Positions 7,666-10,901 of a DNA stretch of 10,901 nt are shown here, one piece after another (position 1 is the stretch's first letter; every line of letters begins with the position of its first letter). Source of the stretch: Paraspadella gotoi. Lineage: Eukaryota > Animalia > Chaetognatha. The DNA is taken from the NCBI GenBank assembly GCA_051294375.1, contig JBJCIZ010000209.1:1-10901 (forward strand), in the 5' to 3' direction. Made by a program: the position numbers and the translations under genes. The notes below the pieces were generated by a model that was given only the letters and a program-made list of their open reading frames with translations, was not told the DNA's origin and made no database searches.

Positions 7666-8723
7666 CGACAAAATTCTTTTTGGGAGTCGAAAACGATTCC
7701 TGTTTGCATATCCGCCGTGTTTGCGTCTTGGCGCCGGGCATGTTCTTCGTTTTCCAGGTCATGGGGCATCGATGTGAAGGGAGGAACGCACGAAGAGGAG
7801 GATGAGCAGCGTCGAAAGGAAGACGAAGAAAACAAGAACAATCGTAAAAGAATACGTTAGGATAATCCAAACATTAACTACAACAATTTCCTAACAAAAG
7901 ATTAATGGAAGGTAAGGCGCTAGGGAGCATCTCAGTTAGTTTCCGCTCGGACGAACAACATTGGATCGGCTAAGGCATCGACGCCATTATGTAATAATTC
8001 AAGCTAAATATTGACCTCTCCTAAATAATGCGCTTAACAATGATTGGTAAACATCGCCCACTGGACGACGTATAAAATAGATATGAGCTGCAATGAACTT
8101 TACCCTTAAATAGAATCTGAAAAAAGACAAGGAGGCTCACGAGGATAAAACAACGATTTTCGATTGCTTTTTTTTTTCCGTTTCTTCCCCATCTTCTAAT
8201 TCGATGAACCGATATCTCTTCACGGCCGCCGGAAAAGTCAGCGCCCCTCATCCGATCGCCTTTTCTCTCGATTGAGTTGAGTTGGGCTGCAAGTCTGTTT
8301 CGAAACTAGACGTATTTACGATATAAATTGGTATCGTTGGAAAGAGAATTGCGAAATTAGCCGGAAATCCAAAATTTCATGTAAATCGGACGACGCCGCT
8401 TCAAAAGTAAATCCGGCAAAAAAAAGACGCAAAAAAACGCTGTGCTCGCGGATCAACTCGCGCTATTTAACGCGATTCCGTTTTGGTTCTACAAAGAAAA
8501 GTACTACGTAGTTCAAATCATTAGAAAGGCCGCAATTTAGCCTAAGCCTCGATGCGTGATCCGCGGCCTATAAGAATTAATTTTAACTACCGAAAGCTCG
8601 GACGAAGGAACAATAACACCCATGTAAAGAAATAGAAGGGCAAATAATTCATTCTTTTATACAAATTAATGGCATAATAAGCTAAAAATCCTTGAAATAA
8701 AAAATAATAGGAGAAAAAATATA

Positions 8724-9174
8724 GCCAAAAAAAGATTAAATTTACCAGTAATAAAATGCGCAGAGGAACAAATGAATGTGCTATGATTGAATTCGAAAGA
8801 TTTGCGAGATAATGGGAAGTTAGTTAATATTATACTTGCACATGTTTATTGAAACGTTGAAATACTAGTAAGACATCGCAATTGTACAGGTTCGTTATAG
8901 TATTTGCAATAGCAGTCTTTTGGTGGGATACAAGCTGCATTTACACGCTAGGATTTTTCTCGTTTTGTAACAATTTCGTTGACCGTTAAATTAAAAAGAT
9001 TAATGATAGTCCGGTTTAAAGGTCTCGGTCTGGCATTTTATTGATATATAATTCACATACTTGTAATGAGTCTTCTTTATTAGTGACTGTCTATTAAGAG
9101 ATCAAATTTGAACCTCAATACAATTTATTGATAATTAAAAAAAGTACTTATAATTAAAGCGAAATAAATTATGA
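8724..9174 (+). repeat. Long inverted repeat, left arm
   Basis: 8724-8981 aligns to the reverse complement of 10655-10901, and 9089-9174 to the reverse complement of 10460-10543. The unmatched 107 nt (8982-9088) correspond to a 111-N gap in the right arm. Confidence 0.92.
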
Positions 9175-10459
9175 CGGTAATGGAACGAGGCTATTTTTGT
9201 TCTCCTCTTTAAAATAAAATTAACATTTAAGTTAATTCAAATATAAAAATACCACTGAAAGCCTAAAAAATGTAACATCAAGGCGTATTAAAAAACTTGT
9301 TACAGCATTAATCATATTATTGTTTAATGCAAAAACAAAACCTGTACCAACGTTATCTACTCTGGCCCAGATCAAGCACAGTCACTAACAACCATGCTAC
9401 TTTTCGCCAATTAACAAACTTGAAACGTGTCATGTTCAATTTTCTTGTTTTTATTTCTTTGAATAAAACATTTACAAAAGCATTAATTCCATAAACATTT
9501 TCCAAATCAGAAAAGATAGAGATGCGCATTGATTAGAAAATGAGTTTCTTCTTGAGAAAGACTTGTGTAATTTTGAGATCCAGTACATTCCGATTGGCCC
9601 TACAATATTGTCAAAAATATAGACATTAAAAAGTATCATTTGACTGCAATAGAAAATAATATTGATTTAAATATTCTTTACCTGAACACCCTTTGCTTCA
9701 GGGACGCAGGGTCAAATGCTCTTGATTTGATTTGCTGTATACCGACCGTTGTTGAGTGTTGGTTGATAAATTTGATGTCCGCATCTTAAATTTATGAATA
9801 AATGCTGTTAGCAATCAAATCAAGATAATGTAAGCGGTTGCAACTGCAATAATATTTTTTTTTAAAAATGAACTTTTATTGTTATTTCATTTTAACTAAA
9901 AATCGCTCAACGATTTATGCATCATTTTGACACCCGCATTAAGTATGACATTAGTTTATTTGGCCAATTATCTTTTGTTTTTTTTACCTTTTCGATTTAT
10001 TATCTTGAACTTCCAAGTTATGAAATTGGTACAACCCAATATTAAAAATTATCCATTCATTATTAAATAAAGTATCTTGCCCCTGACTTTCGGACGGCTT
10101 TCGTGGTTAAGGCCTCCATCACTCTACAAGATAATGACATAGCAGGTCCCCTGCAAGCTTTCAATCAAGACTCTCTCACAGTCTCGTGTTCTATTCACTC
10201 CAGAGTACCTTGGCCTTCCCTATCAATGAAGTGGAAAATATTTTCAAGAATGTTTCAATTGTATGAAAAGGACCCACTCTTTTAAGTATTAGATCGGGAC
10301 ATACTTATTGATCTCCCGCAACATAGCATTCAGAAATATAAATTACTAAAGAAGGGTCTCGAAGGGACAGCCTCATTCTGCAAATAAAAAACAAGATCAG
10401 CAAACTACTCGAGCTGCTCTCTTGGTCACGATCNNNNNNNNNNNNNNNNNNNNNNNNNC

Positions 10460-10901
10460 TCATATTTATTTTCGCTTTAATTATAAGTACTTTTTAATTA
10501 TAAAAAATTGTATTGAGGTTTCAAATTTGATCTCTTAATAGACNNNNNNNNNNNNNNNNNNNNNNNNNNNNNNNNNNNNNNNNNNNNNNNNNNNNNNNNN
10601 NNNNNNNNNNNNNNNNNNNNNNNNNNNNNNNNNNNNNNNNNNNNNNNNNNNNNNCACGAAATGTTACAAACGAGAAAAATCCTACTGTAAATGCACTTGT
10701 ATCTCCCACAAAGACTCTATTCAAATACTAACGAACCTGTACATGCGATGTCCTTACTAAGTATTTCACGTTTCAATAACATGTGCAAGTATAAATATTA
10801 AACTAACTTTCGCCATATCTCGCAAATCTTTCGAATTCAATCATCAGCACATCATTTGTTCCTCTGCGCATTTTATTACTTAAATTTAATCTTTTTTTGG
10901 C
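10460..10901 (-). repeat. Long inverted repeat, right arm (runs off the window end)
   Basis: Reverse complement of 8724-9174 with many 1-2 nt indels. Starts immediately after a 25-N gap (10434-10458). Confidence 0.92.

Noticed and set aside
5959-7870. Overlapping Ser/Leu-rich and Arg/Glu-rich ORFs on both strands
   Set aside because: Mostly translations of (CT)n/(GA)n tracts, which lack stop codons in all frames; no domain signal.
8021-10724. Short ORFs 8021..8251, 10103..10285 and 10521..10724
   Set aside because: Short with no recognisable family. The last spans a gap within the indel-ridden inverted arm.

Overview
Gap-rich (about a quarter N), AT-rich, essentially non-coding window that looks like a repeat-rich region of a eukaryotic draft assembly. 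The organism cannot be determined from the sequence. None of the supplied ORFs is a credible gene: most are N-run read-throughs or translations of (GA)n/(CT)n tracts, and the rest show no recognisable motif. The one recognisable coding signal is missing from the ORF track: a 30-codon fragment at 5153-5242 (+) matching the C-terminal restriction-like endonuclease (RLE) motif of CRE-type non-LTR retrotransposons. The rest is repeat structure: a ~1.2-1.3 kb-period direct repeat, two long AT-rich palindromes (99 and 164 bp), a GC-rich hairpin cluster, many small bulged palindromes, three polypurine/polypyrimidine tracts in alternating orientation, a ~270 bp duplication across a 25-N gap, and a >=450 bp inverted repeat whose copies differ almost only by indels. 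The last two are probably long-read gap-filling artefacts. I cannot support a new biological system. The best leads are the RLE fragment, the palindrome density and a stop-codon-plus-hairpin gene end.
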